Positions 8,542 through 17,035 of a stretch of 35,737 nucleotides of DNA are shown here, one piece after another (within the stretch, counting starts at the first letter, position 1; each line of letters opens with the position of its first letter). The position numbers and the translations under genes were made by a program. Origin of the DNA: Bdellovibrionales bacterium. GTDB lineage: Bacteria > Bdellovibrionota > Bdellovibrionia > Bdellovibrionales > UBA1609. The notes beneath the pieces were generated by a model. It was not told the origin of the DNA, did no database searches, and saw only the letters and a program-made list of their open reading frames with translations. Location: NCBI GenBank assembly GCA_041690295.1, contig JAWLHR010000026.1, forward strand, positions 1 to 35,737. The letters are read 5' to 3'.

Positions 8542-8685
8542 TAAATCGGGGCGGCGATGGACCGACGGTGGTCGGAACGGATTTTGTATCTTCGGGAAGG
8601 CAAAGCATGATTGGAAAACATGCCACAGTGGGCAAAATGCCAGGAGTCGTCTGTGTTCTTCAACAAACTAAAAAGGAGATTAGGT

Positions 8686-9273
8686 ATGAATAGAGGTTCC
8701 AGAGAAACCGGACGTGTCGAACGATTGCCGGTGAGTCGGCCGTTATTTTCAATTTCCCCATTTTCCCCGTTGGAGGATATTTTTGAACCTATGCGGATGT
8801 TGGATGACTTCTTCAGACCAAGCCGCTTTTTCGATGACTTCTTCCGGCGGAGTCTAACCAGCATTTCCGCCGAAATGCCGTCAATGGACGTTGAAGAAAC
8901 CGATGACGAATACCTGGTTAGCGTCGATTTACCGGGCTTCAAAAAAGACGAGATCAAGGTTGAGTGTACCGAAAATCGCTTAACGATTTCCGCTGAGCGG
9001 TCGGAATCCGAAGAGCGCCGGCGCCGTTCACGGCGGTATTACGGCTCATTTTATCATTCATTCACATTGCCGCGGGGTACGGACGTCGACCAAATCCGCG
9101 CGGATTATGAAGACGGTGTATTGACCGTACGAATCCCACGCAGCGAAAGCGCTCGGGCCCGTCAGATTGAAATCGGCGCCGGTGGCACGGAACGCCAGAT
9201 TGAAGGCGGTCGGGCGGAAAAGAGCGCCTCACAATCACGCCAGGAACAGGCTCAATCAACCACTCGTCATTAG
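8686..9273 (+). CDS. Hsp20/alpha-crystallin small heat-shock protein
   Basis: MDVEETDDEYLVSVDLPG, YGSFYHSFTLP, ADYEDGVLTVRIP; RBS AAGGAG ahead of ATG 8686. Confidence 0.96.
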   Translation: MNRGSRETGRVERLPVSRPLFSISPFSPLEDIFEPMRMLDDFFRPSRFFDDFFRRSLTSISAEMPSMDVEETDDEYLVSVDLPGFKKDEIKVECTENRLTISAERSESEERRRRSRRYYGSFYHSFTLPRGTDVDQIRADYEDGVLTVRIPRSESARARQIEIGAGGTERQIEGGRAEKSASQSRQEQAQSTTRH

Positions 9274-9353
9274 CGGCGCGGCGACGTTTGCGGACCATCC
9301 GAGATTCTCTCTAAAATAAAATTTTGAGACAAAATTTCCTTAGAGGGGGGCGG

Positions 9354-10562
9354 ATGGCCGCAGTCGTCTTTGAAATCGGTTTAATCTATTTCGTGGGCCA
9401 TCTTTTCGCGTTTACTTTCGCGAAATACAAGATCCCGGATGTCCTTTTATTCATGATATTCGGGATCATCATCGGTCCGATCCTGGCCATAACTTCTCCT
9501 GAAGACTTCGGCGCCGCCGGCCGGGTTCTTTCGACCATGGCCCTTTTAGTGATTCTTTTTCAAAGTGGTGTGACATTAAATCTCAAAAGCTTCGCCGAAG
9601 TCTTGGGTCAGGGGACTTTAATTACTTTTGCGACAGCCCTGTTCACCGCCGGTCTGGTTTGTTTATTAAGTTACCCGTTTTTGAAGTCATGGGAGCTAAG
9701 CGTCCTGACAGGGATCATATTATGCGGAACCTCATCAGCCGTGGCCATTCCGATGTCACAGGCGCTGAGAATGTCCGAGAGAGCGCAAAACATCGTACTT
9801 TTAGAATCATCGTTAACCGATGTACTCTGCATTGTTCTGACATTGGCTCTGGCAAGAGCTTTCGCCGTGGGTGGAGGACTCGAAATGTCCGGTGTCGTGG
9901 GACAAATTTTCCTCTCATTCACCGTGGCCATGTTGATCGGCCTTGCGGCCGGGGCGGCTTGGTCGCATTTCAAGCAAAAGATGCGCTCCCTTGCGACAAT
10001 CGCTTTCGCCATGGCTTTGTACGGATTGGTTGAACTCTTGGATTTCAGCGGTCCCATCGCCGTCATGAGCATGGGCTTTGCCATCACCAATACATCGAAG
10101 TTCACGAACAAATTTTCGTCGGTCGGATTGACCGAGGCGGAGACCGAGTTTTACACGGAACTCAGTTTCGCCTTGAAAACCTTCTTCTTCATTTTTCTCG
10201 GCATCTCCATGAAATTTAATTCTCCGTTGATGTTGGGCGCGGGTGCGATTTTGACCGTGCTTATTCTTATCGCGAGAAAGTTCCTGGTGAATTTCACCTT
10301 GAAAAACGGATTTTCCCCATCGGATATGACCTTTACCACGCTTTTGATTCCAAAAGGGTTGGCGGCGGCGGTTCTCGCCGAGGTGCCGGTGCAAATGCGG
10401 ATTCCCGGTGCTGAAATGGTTCCGCAATTCGTTTATGCCACGGTATTGGTCAGCATCGTGATCGTATCCCTGCTGATTCCCTGGTTCGGACTCAAACTGT
10501 CCCGAGGTTCTCAGCCGGCCCCACTCACCACAAGCGGCGGGCAATCCACAAAATTAGGCTGA
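9354..10562 (+). CDS. Cation:proton antiporter (CPA1/NhaP-like)
   Basis: About 12 TM segments; GIIIGP, GTSSAV, LESSLTD, PKGLAAAVLA. Confidence 0.9.
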   Translation: MAAVVFEIGLIYFVGHLFAFTFAKYKIPDVLLFMIFGIIIGPILAITSPEDFGAAGRVLSTMALLVILFQSGVTLNLKSFAEVLGQGTLITFATALFTAGLVCLLSYPFLKSWELSVLTGIILCGTSSAVAIPMSQALRMSERAQNIVLLESSLTDVLCIVLTLALARAFAVGGGLEMSGVVGQIFLSFTVAMLIGLAAGAAWSHFKQKMRSLATIAFAMALYGLVELLDFSGPIAVMSMGFAITNTSKFTNKFSSVGLTEAETEFYTELSFALKTFFFIFLGISMKFNSPLMLGAGAILTVLILIARKFLVNFTLKNGFSPSDMTFTTLLIPKGLAAAVLAEVPVQMRIPGAEMVPQFVYATVLVSIVIVSLLIPWFGLKLSRGSQPAPLTTSGGQSTKLG

Positions 10563-10752
10563 TGATCAGGCTTAGTAGAAGACTTGTTGTGATCGGAAGG
10601 TAAAAGCGAAAATTCTCTCTTTCGACCGAGATGTCTCCCGGCAATCGTCCAAGTCGAAGCGCTTGAATCCACCCCAACTGCCAGGCCACGCCCAAAATCA
10701 CGATCACGATACCGATGGAGATAAGGAGTTTCGCGATGGGATCCGTAATCAT
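10525..10752 (-). CDS. DUF2905 family membrane protein
   Basis: GRLPGDISVERENFRFYLPITTSLLLS between two TM helices. Confidence 0.9.
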   Translation of the reverse strand: MITDPIAKLLISIGIVIVILGVAWQLGWIQALRLGRLPGDISVERENFRFYLPITTSLLLSLIISLILWIARRLW

Positions 10753-10830
10753 GGGCGGGATTCTAAGTAAAGACCATCAAACTTGCAACGGTGAGAATAG
10801 CCAGTTATTTTTGAATTTTCGGGGGATAGG

Positions 10831-11322
10831 GTGAAATTTCTAATTCGCACGCTAACGGTATTAAGTTTGTTTCCAACACCAGCTCTGGCCAACAGTTTTG
10901 GATTGGGAATCGTGATCGGCGATCCCACCGGAATCACGGCGAAATACATATTTCAAAAAGACCGGGCCGTGGATGGCGCGGTTTCGTTTTTCGGCGATGA
11001 CGAGCTATACCTTCATGGGACCTATCTCTGGTTGATGCCCAAGGTTTTCGACATTAATCGATACCCAGTGAGTTGGTATTACGGTCTGGGAGTCCGGGTC
11101 GTGAGTCACGATCACGGCCACCATCATCACGGGCCGTTCGGTCACCATCATCACGGCCATCACGATGATACCCATTTCGGTGCCAGGGCTCCCATTGGCC
11201 TGCGCATGAACTTTCATGACCCCCGAATTGAAATCTTCGGTGAAATTTCCATGGCCATGAATTTGATACCTGGTATGGACGTGGATCTCGATTTCGGCTT
11301 GGGCGCCCGCTACTTCTTCTAA
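10831..11322 (+). CDS. Small outer-membrane beta-barrel protein with a His-rich loop
   Basis: Signal peptide, FGLGIVIGDPTGITAKY, alternating beta strands, C-terminal GARYFF beta-signal. Confidence 0.85.
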   Translation: MKFLIRTLTVLSLFPTPALANSFGLGIVIGDPTGITAKYIFQKDRAVDGAVSFFGDDELYLHGTYLWLMPKVFDINRYPVSWYYGLGVRVVSHDHGHHHHGPFGHHHHGHHDDTHFGARAPIGLRMNFHDPRIEIFGEISMAMNLIPGMDVDLDFGLGARYFF

Positions 11323-11430
11323 TAACGTCAGCTATTCGATGCGCCACGTATAGGGAAATTTTTTATCACTCCATCGCTCGCGCTTGTACTTTACCGGCGA
11401 TCTGCGAAAACACCGGAAAAGGAGTGTGCC

Positions 11431-11730
11431 ATGCTGAAAGAGTTCATGAATTTCCTGAAAACTTATGGCGTTGTGGGATTGGCTATCGCGGTCATTATCG
11501 GCGGAAAACTCAACGAACTTGTTTCCTCTTTAGTGAATGACCTTTTGATGCCGTTGATTTTCCAACCGGCACTTAAAACGGCGGGTGTCGAAAGCGTCCG
11601 AGGTTTAAGTTTTCACGGCATTTTTTATGGCCGTGTTCTCGGTGCGATGATTGATTTCCTAATTGTGGCCTTTTTAGTCTTTTTGTTCGCGAAGTACGCA
11701 CTTCGTGAGCAGACCGTGACGAAGAAATAG
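11431..11730 (+). CDS. mscL: Large-conductance mechanosensitive channel (short form)
   Basis: MLKEFMNFL, VVGLAIAVIIG, LVSSLVNDLLMP, YG...IDFLIVAF; AAGGAG RBS. Confidence 0.92.
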   Translation: MLKEFMNFLKTYGVVGLAIAVIIGGKLNELVSSLVNDLLMPLIFQPALKTAGVESVRGLSFHGIFYGRVLGAMIDFLIVAFLVFLFAKYALREQTVTKK

Positions 11731-11793
11731 GCCCTCCACGCGAGGGGCCAAAGCTAGGCGCGACTTGAGTCTTCAGTTATCTATTCGGCTCGT

Positions 11794-12432
11794 ATGCCGA
11801 TCATCTTTGTATTTCTTTTCTTCAACGGATTCATTCAAGCTCAGCCCTTACAGAAAACCTGCCGAACCGATAAAGAATTGCTGAAAAGCCGTTCCCAAGA
11901 GCTGCAGGCGCTATTGCGCGACGATCAAGAGGATCGAATTCCACCCGTCAATTGGAACTGGGTGGCGCCTCGTGATGAAGAGCGACGAAAGCGAGTGGCC
12001 GAGATTTTCGCCGAAGGATGCTTTCGAAAGGCCAAAGATTACGCCGCGGCCGCGATGATTTTTCAGCACGGTGTAACATCGGATCACTATTACCAAGCGT
12101 TCATTTGGTCACAAAAAGCCTTGGCGCTGGGACATGCCTCGGCCAAATGGCTGGTGGCGGCCGCCGTTGATCGCTACTTGGTCAGTGTGGGGCAAAAACA
12201 GCTCTTCGCCACGCAAGCGTATCGGCCGCGCAATCATCGCTGCTGGTGTTTGAATGAAACTGAAGAGTCATTTCCGGAGTCGATGAGATTCGAGTACACG
12301 GAGAAAGGGCTCAAAGAAGCCTTCGAATGGGTTGAATCTTTAAACCAATCGCTTCCGCGTTGCACACCGGCCCGTTATTGCAATCAAGGACTCAAACCCT
12401 CCCCCGCGGGAACAGTTCCGGGCTTTTGGTGA
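11794..12432 (+). CDS. Secreted hypothetical protein (DQxDR...FQHG...DRYL, DUF6624-like)
   Basis: Signal peptide; DDQEDR, AAMIFQHG, AAAVDRYL, QLFATQ. Confidence 0.8.
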   Translation: MPIIFVFLFFNGFIQAQPLQKTCRTDKELLKSRSQELQALLRDDQEDRIPPVNWNWVAPRDEERRKRVAEIFAEGCFRKAKDYAAAAMIFQHGVTSDHYYQAFIWSQKALALGHASAKWLVAAAVDRYLVSVGQKQLFATQAYRPRNHRCWCLNETEESFPESMRFEYTEKGLKEAFEWVESLNQSLPRCTPARYCNQGLKPSPAGTVPGFW

Positions 12433-12758
12433 TCGGACAATCACCGACGTTAGTCCCTGGTATCTAGTGGATGAGGCGACTCTGGTATTTCCGACCAAAG
12501 CGGACATCACCACGACGGGACCCGCGGTGACCATTTGCCTGACGGAATACTGTCAAGCCAGTTCGGCATTTTACGTATGGACAGGTACAAGAACCGCGGG
12601 CGTTGCCGACAATGACACTTGTGTCGATTGGACATCAAACGACGGATCGGATTACGGGTTCCGTTGGCGAGATCGCTTCGATTTCCAAATGGACAGGGAC
12701 TGGCGCTCAAGCTCAGCCCTGTAATCAGTTTTTTCCGATCTACTGCTTTGAACAGTAA
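12431..12758 (+). pseudogene. 5'-truncated, frameshifted DUF1554-like (C-type-lectin/endostatin-like) remnant
   Basis: First frame: DRTITDVSPWYLVDE...VWTG...TCVDWTS. After a +1 shift at GGG 12656-12658: GSVG...KWT...PCNQFFPIYCFEQ* (TAA 12756-12758). Confidence 0.8.
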
Positions 12759-12836
12759 CCAAAACGCGACCTGCGCTGGACTTGAACACGAGTGTCCGCG
12801 GCTCCTAAGATTAAAATAAAAACAGTGGAGCCGCGG

Positions 12837-13508
12837 ATGCCAAATGTTCATGTTCTCGCAGGTGCTATAGCTTTCCTGTTCATCTCTGAAGTCACTCTGG
12901 CCAAAGATTTTCCCGTTCAAGGTCGGGTCTTCGCCGGTACAACCCAGGTGGACCCCAAAGATCTCAATACCGAGCTTGAGGCACAGGGGATTAAAAACTT
13001 GGAATCGTCGCCATTTTACGGCGCGGAGATCACTTACTCGGTGGCGCGTTATCTGGACCTTGGAATCCGCTACTCGCGGCATTCGGTTTTTCTCGATGAA
13101 ATCAATTCCACATCCGCCACCGATTATCAGGCGGAGCTTGACCAGGATGCCGTCTCGCTTGTGGCGCGAATTCCATTCTTAGAATCAAAATTCGCACGGG
13201 TCGAAGGTTTCGCGGCCTTCGGCGGCACCAATACGGCGCTCAAGATCAAATCGGCCACACTCAACGGTCAGTTGCTGAAAGAGGATCGAAACGGATGGCT
13301 CGCTTCTCCCTATTCGGTTTACGGCGCTTCCGTGGCCTTGGGCTACAAGAAATTCTTCCTGGTTTTCGAGGGCGGTTTTGAAACCAATAAGATCATCGAA
13401 ATGGAAAGAGTCGGCACGCTCAATAATAATGTGGAAACGCTTGATCTCTCAGGATCCTATGTCAGCGTGGGCCTGCTCTTTGACGGAGTCTCCACCAGCC
13501 GCAAGTGA
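12837..13508 (+). CDS. Outer-membrane beta-barrel hypothetical protein
   Basis: Signal peptide, amphipathic strands, C-terminal LDLSGSYVSVGLLF; GGAG RBS before ATG 12837. Confidence 0.8.
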   Translation: MPNVHVLAGAIAFLFISEVTLAKDFPVQGRVFAGTTQVDPKDLNTELEAQGIKNLESSPFYGAEITYSVARYLDLGIRYSRHSVFLDEINSTSATDYQAELDQDAVSLVARIPFLESKFARVEGFAAFGGTNTALKIKSATLNGQLLKEDRNGWLASPYSVYGASVALGYKKFFLVFEGGFETNKIIEMERVGTLNNNVETLDLSGSYVSVGLLFDGVSTSRK

Positions 13509-13547
13509 TCTTGCCGCGCGGGACTTTTTCAGCTAGTTAGAGATCCA

Positions 13548-14315
13548 ATGGCAAAACTTCTCAGTTGGAACGTGAACGGCCTTCGCGCGTGCGGCCGAGC
13601 GGGTTTTTTGGATTGGTTCAAATCTGAAAAAGCGGATGCCGTTTGTGTGCAGGAAATAAAAGTAAATCCGGAGCAACTGCCTCCGGAAATGGTCAATCCC
13701 GCCAAGTATCACGCCTTTTGGCATCCAGCGGAGAAAGCGGGTTATAGTGGCGTCGCGATCTTCAGCAAAAAGGAACCGCTCGACGTGCGCTATGGTATCG
13801 GTGTTGAGGACATTGATCGCGAAGGGCGGGTGTTGACCGCCGAATTCAAGACCTACATTTTAATCAGCGCTTACTTTCCCAACAGCCAGCGAGATCACGC
13901 GCGACTGAAGTTTAAACTTCACTTTTGTGAGCAATTTTTGAAGTTCTGCGAGCGTGAGCGAAGGAAGGGAAAAACCCTTATCATGTGCGGCGATTTCAAC
14001 ATCGCGCACACCGAGATTGATTTGAAAAATCCTAAAACCAACCAAAAGAACGCCGGTTTTCTTCCTGAAGAACGCTCCTGGATGACCAAATTCCTTTCCA
14101 GTGGATACGTGGATGCCTTTAGACACTTCATCAAAGACCCTGGTCACTACACGTGGTGGAGCTATCGGCCCGGTGTTCGCGCCCGGAACATCGGATGGCG
14201 TATCGACTATTTCAGCGTGGATGAAGCGTCACGGTCCCGCCTCAAAGAGGCTCATCACCAAACTCAGGTGATGGGATCCGATCACTGTCCGATCATGCTC
14301 AAAATCAAGGATTGA
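13548..14315 (+). CDS. xth: Exodeoxyribonuclease III / AP endonuclease
   Basis: SWNVNGLRA, CVQEIK, GYSGVA, GDFNIAH, YTWWSYR, GWRIDY, GSDHCP. Confidence 0.97.
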   Translation: MAKLLSWNVNGLRACGRAGFLDWFKSEKADAVCVQEIKVNPEQLPPEMVNPAKYHAFWHPAEKAGYSGVAIFSKKEPLDVRYGIGVEDIDREGRVLTAEFKTYILISAYFPNSQRDHARLKFKLHFCEQFLKFCERERRKGKTLIMCGDFNIAHTEIDLKNPKTNQKNAGFLPEERSWMTKFLSSGYVDAFRHFIKDPGHYTWWSYRPGVRARNIGWRIDYFSVDEASRSRLKEAHHQTQVMGSDHCPIMLKIKD

Positions 14316-14367
14316 CGTTCAGGGAATCGGCACGATTAAATTTTTTGTCAAAACGTTTGGAGGGCTG

Positions 14368-15123
14368 ATGCGCATCTTAGTTTATTTAAGTTTGATCTTG
14401 TTTTCCTTTCAGGTCTTTTCGAAGCCGCATGCGTACTCGCACGGTGATTTAAAGTTTGAAGGGCAGTTCTTCCCGGCGAAGAAAAAGAACGCGCCGGGTA
14501 TTGTTCTGGTTCACAATTGGATGGGTGTCGGCGCCGAGACCGAGAAGCAAGCCAAGAGGTTTCAAATGCTGGGATACAATGTTTTGGTCGCGGATATTTA
14601 CGGCGCCGGCCAACGGCCGACGGATGCCAAAGCCGCGGGTCAGCTCGCCGGAAAATTTAAATCGGATCGAAAGCTATTGAGGGAGCGTGTTCATATCGCG
14701 TTAGAGGAACTGGCCCGCCAAAAGGGTGTTAACAAGGATAAGCTGGCGGTGCTCGGATATTGTTTTGGCGGTACGGCCGCCATTGAATCCGCGCGCAACG
14801 GCGAAAATATCCGGGCCGCGATTTCGTTTCATGGTGGACTGGACAGTCCGGCGCCCGCCGACGGTGCCAACATCAAAGCCAAAGTTTTAGCTTTGCATGG
14901 TGCGATTGATCCTCATGTTTCAGCCAAGGATCTAGAGGCTTTTGAAAAAGAAATGCAAACGCACAAGGTGGATTACGAACTCGTTAAATACGGTGGCGCG
15001 GTTCATAGTTTCACCGAGGAAGCGGCGGGATCTGATATCAGCAAAGGCGCGGCTTATAACGCCACAGCCGACGCGCGCTCCTTTGAGCGGGCGAGGGATT
15101 TCTTAGCCGAGGCCTTTAAGTAA
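14368..15123 (+). CDS. Dienelactone hydrolase family protein, exported
   Basis: Signal peptide; HNWMG, GYCFGG, SFHG, HGAID, AVHSFT. Confidence 0.94.
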   Translation: MRILVYLSLILFSFQVFSKPHAYSHGDLKFEGQFFPAKKKNAPGIVLVHNWMGVGAETEKQAKRFQMLGYNVLVADIYGAGQRPTDAKAAGQLAGKFKSDRKLLRERVHIALEELARQKGVNKDKLAVLGYCFGGTAAIESARNGENIRAAISFHGGLDSPAPADGANIKAKVLALHGAIDPHVSAKDLEAFEKEMQTHKVDYELVKYGGAVHSFTEEAAGSDISKGAAYNATADARSFERARDFLAEAFK

Positions 15124-15150
15124 AAGCTAGTTGCTTCGATCCGATCTTAA

Positions 15151-15588
15151 TCAGGCGAGCCCCAGCCGTCGCATACGTTCGGACTTTTCGCGGCTTTCGA
15201 CCAGAAAGTCCGCCAACGTCTGGCGATTCAAAGACTCTATGAAGGCGCTTCTCGCTTCATAAAGCGCTTTCTCCAAGCCGCAGACGCCTTGGATCGGACA
15301 CGTGTTAGTGTCAGGCTCAAAACATTCAAGCAGGCTCATCGGCTCTTGCTCATGGACGAAATCGCCGATGCGGATCTCGGTGGGTGATTTGGCCAACTTC
15401 AGTCCGCCGCCCTTGCCTTTGTATGAATTAAGATATCCGGTCCTTGTCAGATGATGGACCACTTTGACCAGGTGATTTTGCGAGACATTGAACGCCTCGG
15501 CGATTTCATTGACCGTGGCCATGCCTTCTTTCATGCCGATGTAAAGGAGGACGCGAAGGGAATAGTCGGTAAACTGGCTGATTCTCAC
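15151..15588 (-). CDS. nsrR: Rrf2 family regulator, NsrR-like
   Basis: FTDYSLRVLLY, SQNHLVKVV, GKGGG, three Cys (ECF...TCPI..VC) typical of NsrR. Confidence 0.85.
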   Translation of the reverse strand: MRISQFTDYSLRVLLYIGMKEGMATVNEIAEAFNVSQNHLVKVVHHLTRTGYLNSYKGKGGGLKLAKSPTEIRIGDFVHEQEPMSLLECFEPDTNTCPIQGVCGLEKALYEARSAFIESLNRQTLADFLVESREKSERMRRLGLA

Positions 15589-15662
15589 TTCTTCCTCCCG
15601 TGGGCCGTTTTATTTTGAGTCAAAAGCAAATTTGTTGTGCGCTTTTTCGAGGAAAAGTCGTT

Positions 15663-15685
15663 AATATGTAAAGTATATACATATT
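15663..15685. promoter_or_regulatory. NsrR-type operator
   Basis: 23-bp AATATGTA-AAGTATA-TACATATT with perfect 8-bp arms; resembles the enterobacterial NsrR box AAGATGYATTTNAAATRCATCTT; lies in the divergent intergenic region. Confidence 0.75.
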
Positions 15686-15690
15686 TTAGG

Positions 15691-16431
15691 ATGAACATGA
15701 AGCTCTCTCACAAGCTTTTGCTAATCGCGCTCGTACCGATCGTGGCCGTCGTCCTCAATCAAGGCTGTTCTCAACCTAAATCCACAGAACTTTCGTCAGG
15801 TGCACTGTCCGGTCCGCCTTGTGTCGTGCCCGATAACATTGATGGATCTCCTCAATCGATCGAAGATGTGGTGACTCTGATCAATGCCTTGCCCAAGCCC
15901 GTGACCGTGCCCTGTTTGCTTTCCAGTTTGGATCGTCCACTGAAAATCGTATCGACCAATAACGCGCTTAGTGCCCAACCGGCGGTGGGCAATCGGAGTC
16001 CTCGGATTTTTATCATGAGAAACCCGCTGATCATCTCCATCGTTCCCGAAGGAAGTGGAGCGAAAGTTGTGGAAATGAGTTTTCTGACTTCGGACACAAC
16101 ATCGATCAAAGCGGAAATCGATTTTCCCGTGACGGCCAATTTACCGCCCGAAGCCCCGTATGAAACAATCCGCTCCGGCGATCGTACTGCTTGCGGCACC
16201 TGCCACACGGGTGAGACCCAGGCGACTCAAATCAACTTCGCCACTGCGTTCGTTTCCACCGCGCTTCAACCGAAGCCCAATACTTTGATCAACCTCGAAT
16301 ACCTTAGAAATGAGTCGAAGATCTGCAATTCGCTTTTAGAGGCCGAGCGATGCGCGATTCTCCGCTCCATCTTTGATCATGGCGACGTGGAGAAAGGGAG
16401 CTTCCCCTCCGCCATGCCGGTTTTCTTTTAG
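15691..16431 (+). CDS. Putative lipoprotein with a single CxxCH heme-c motif
   Basis: Hydrophobic signal ending NQGC; ACGTCHTGE; four further Cys. Start is ATG 15691 or 15697. Confidence 0.8.
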   Translation: MNMKLSHKLLLIALVPIVAVVLNQGCSQPKSTELSSGALSGPPCVVPDNIDGSPQSIEDVVTLINALPKPVTVPCLLSSLDRPLKIVSTNNALSAQPAVGNRSPRIFIMRNPLIISIVPEGSGAKVVEMSFLTSDTTSIKAEIDFPVTANLPPEAPYETIRSGDRTACGTCHTGETQATQINFATAFVSTALQPKPNTLINLEYLRNESKICNSLLEAERCAILRSIFDHGDVEKGSFPSAMPVFF

Positions 16432-16442
16432 AGTTGCCGGTT

Positions 16443-16955
16443 TTATTCGACTCGGCAGTCAGCTGTTTTGAAAACCTGGCTCAACTCGAAAGTTTGACCC
16501 TCCAGCGTACCAATCGCGAAGCGTCCGAGGACAACATCCCTTTCTTCGTAATCGTAAAGATCATCAAGGCTGGCGGGCGAAAGACGTAGCATGGCATAAT
16601 AGAGTGGAATTTTCGCGCTCTGCTCTTTGTTCCCAACCTCCAGTGTCGATGTTCCCGCATGGCAAAGAATGGGAAATTGCTCCCCTGATCGTTGGCGGCA
16701 TCCGTCTTTTGGTGCCGAGAACTTCGCCCACTTCACGTCGAATGGGAGATCCAAAATTTTACCGACGTGTTTAGTCCAGCCACCATACCCGGACACTTTT
16801 ATGTTGAACGTTCCGCCCTGATCGTCTTTTTGAATTTCAACACGATCATTGCTTGCATGGCGCCTTTTCAGGCAATCCACTTTGCCGTGTTTGATTGTTT
16901 CAGCGAATGAGCTAACGGAAAAACAAAGTCCAATGAACAGTACAAGCCGTTTCAT
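16443..16955 (-). CDS. Secreted hypothetical protein
   Basis: Signal peptide MKRLVLFIGLCFSVSSFA; GAGGGG RBS; four Cys in the mature part. Confidence 0.8.
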   Translation of the reverse strand: MKRLVLFIGLCFSVSSFAETIKHGKVDCLKRRHASNDRVEIQKDDQGGTFNIKVSGYGGWTKHVGKILDLPFDVKWAKFSAPKDGCRQRSGEQFPILCHAGTSTLEVGNKEQSAKIPLYYAMLRLSPASLDDLYDYEERDVVLGRFAIGTLEGQTFELSQVFKTADCRVE

Positions 16956-17035
16956 AATTCACCCCCTCAACAGAATAAGCTTATTCCAACAGCATTGACG
17001 GTCAATGGACGCGGGAGCCTGTCACCCCGCATTGC

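Noticed and set aside
8514..8957. Long version of ORF 8313..8957 (-)
   Set aside because: Upstream part is antisense to Hsp20; only the last 66 codons look real.
11730..11752. Intrinsic terminator after mscL
   Set aside because: Imperfect GC stem with no U-tract on the coding strand.
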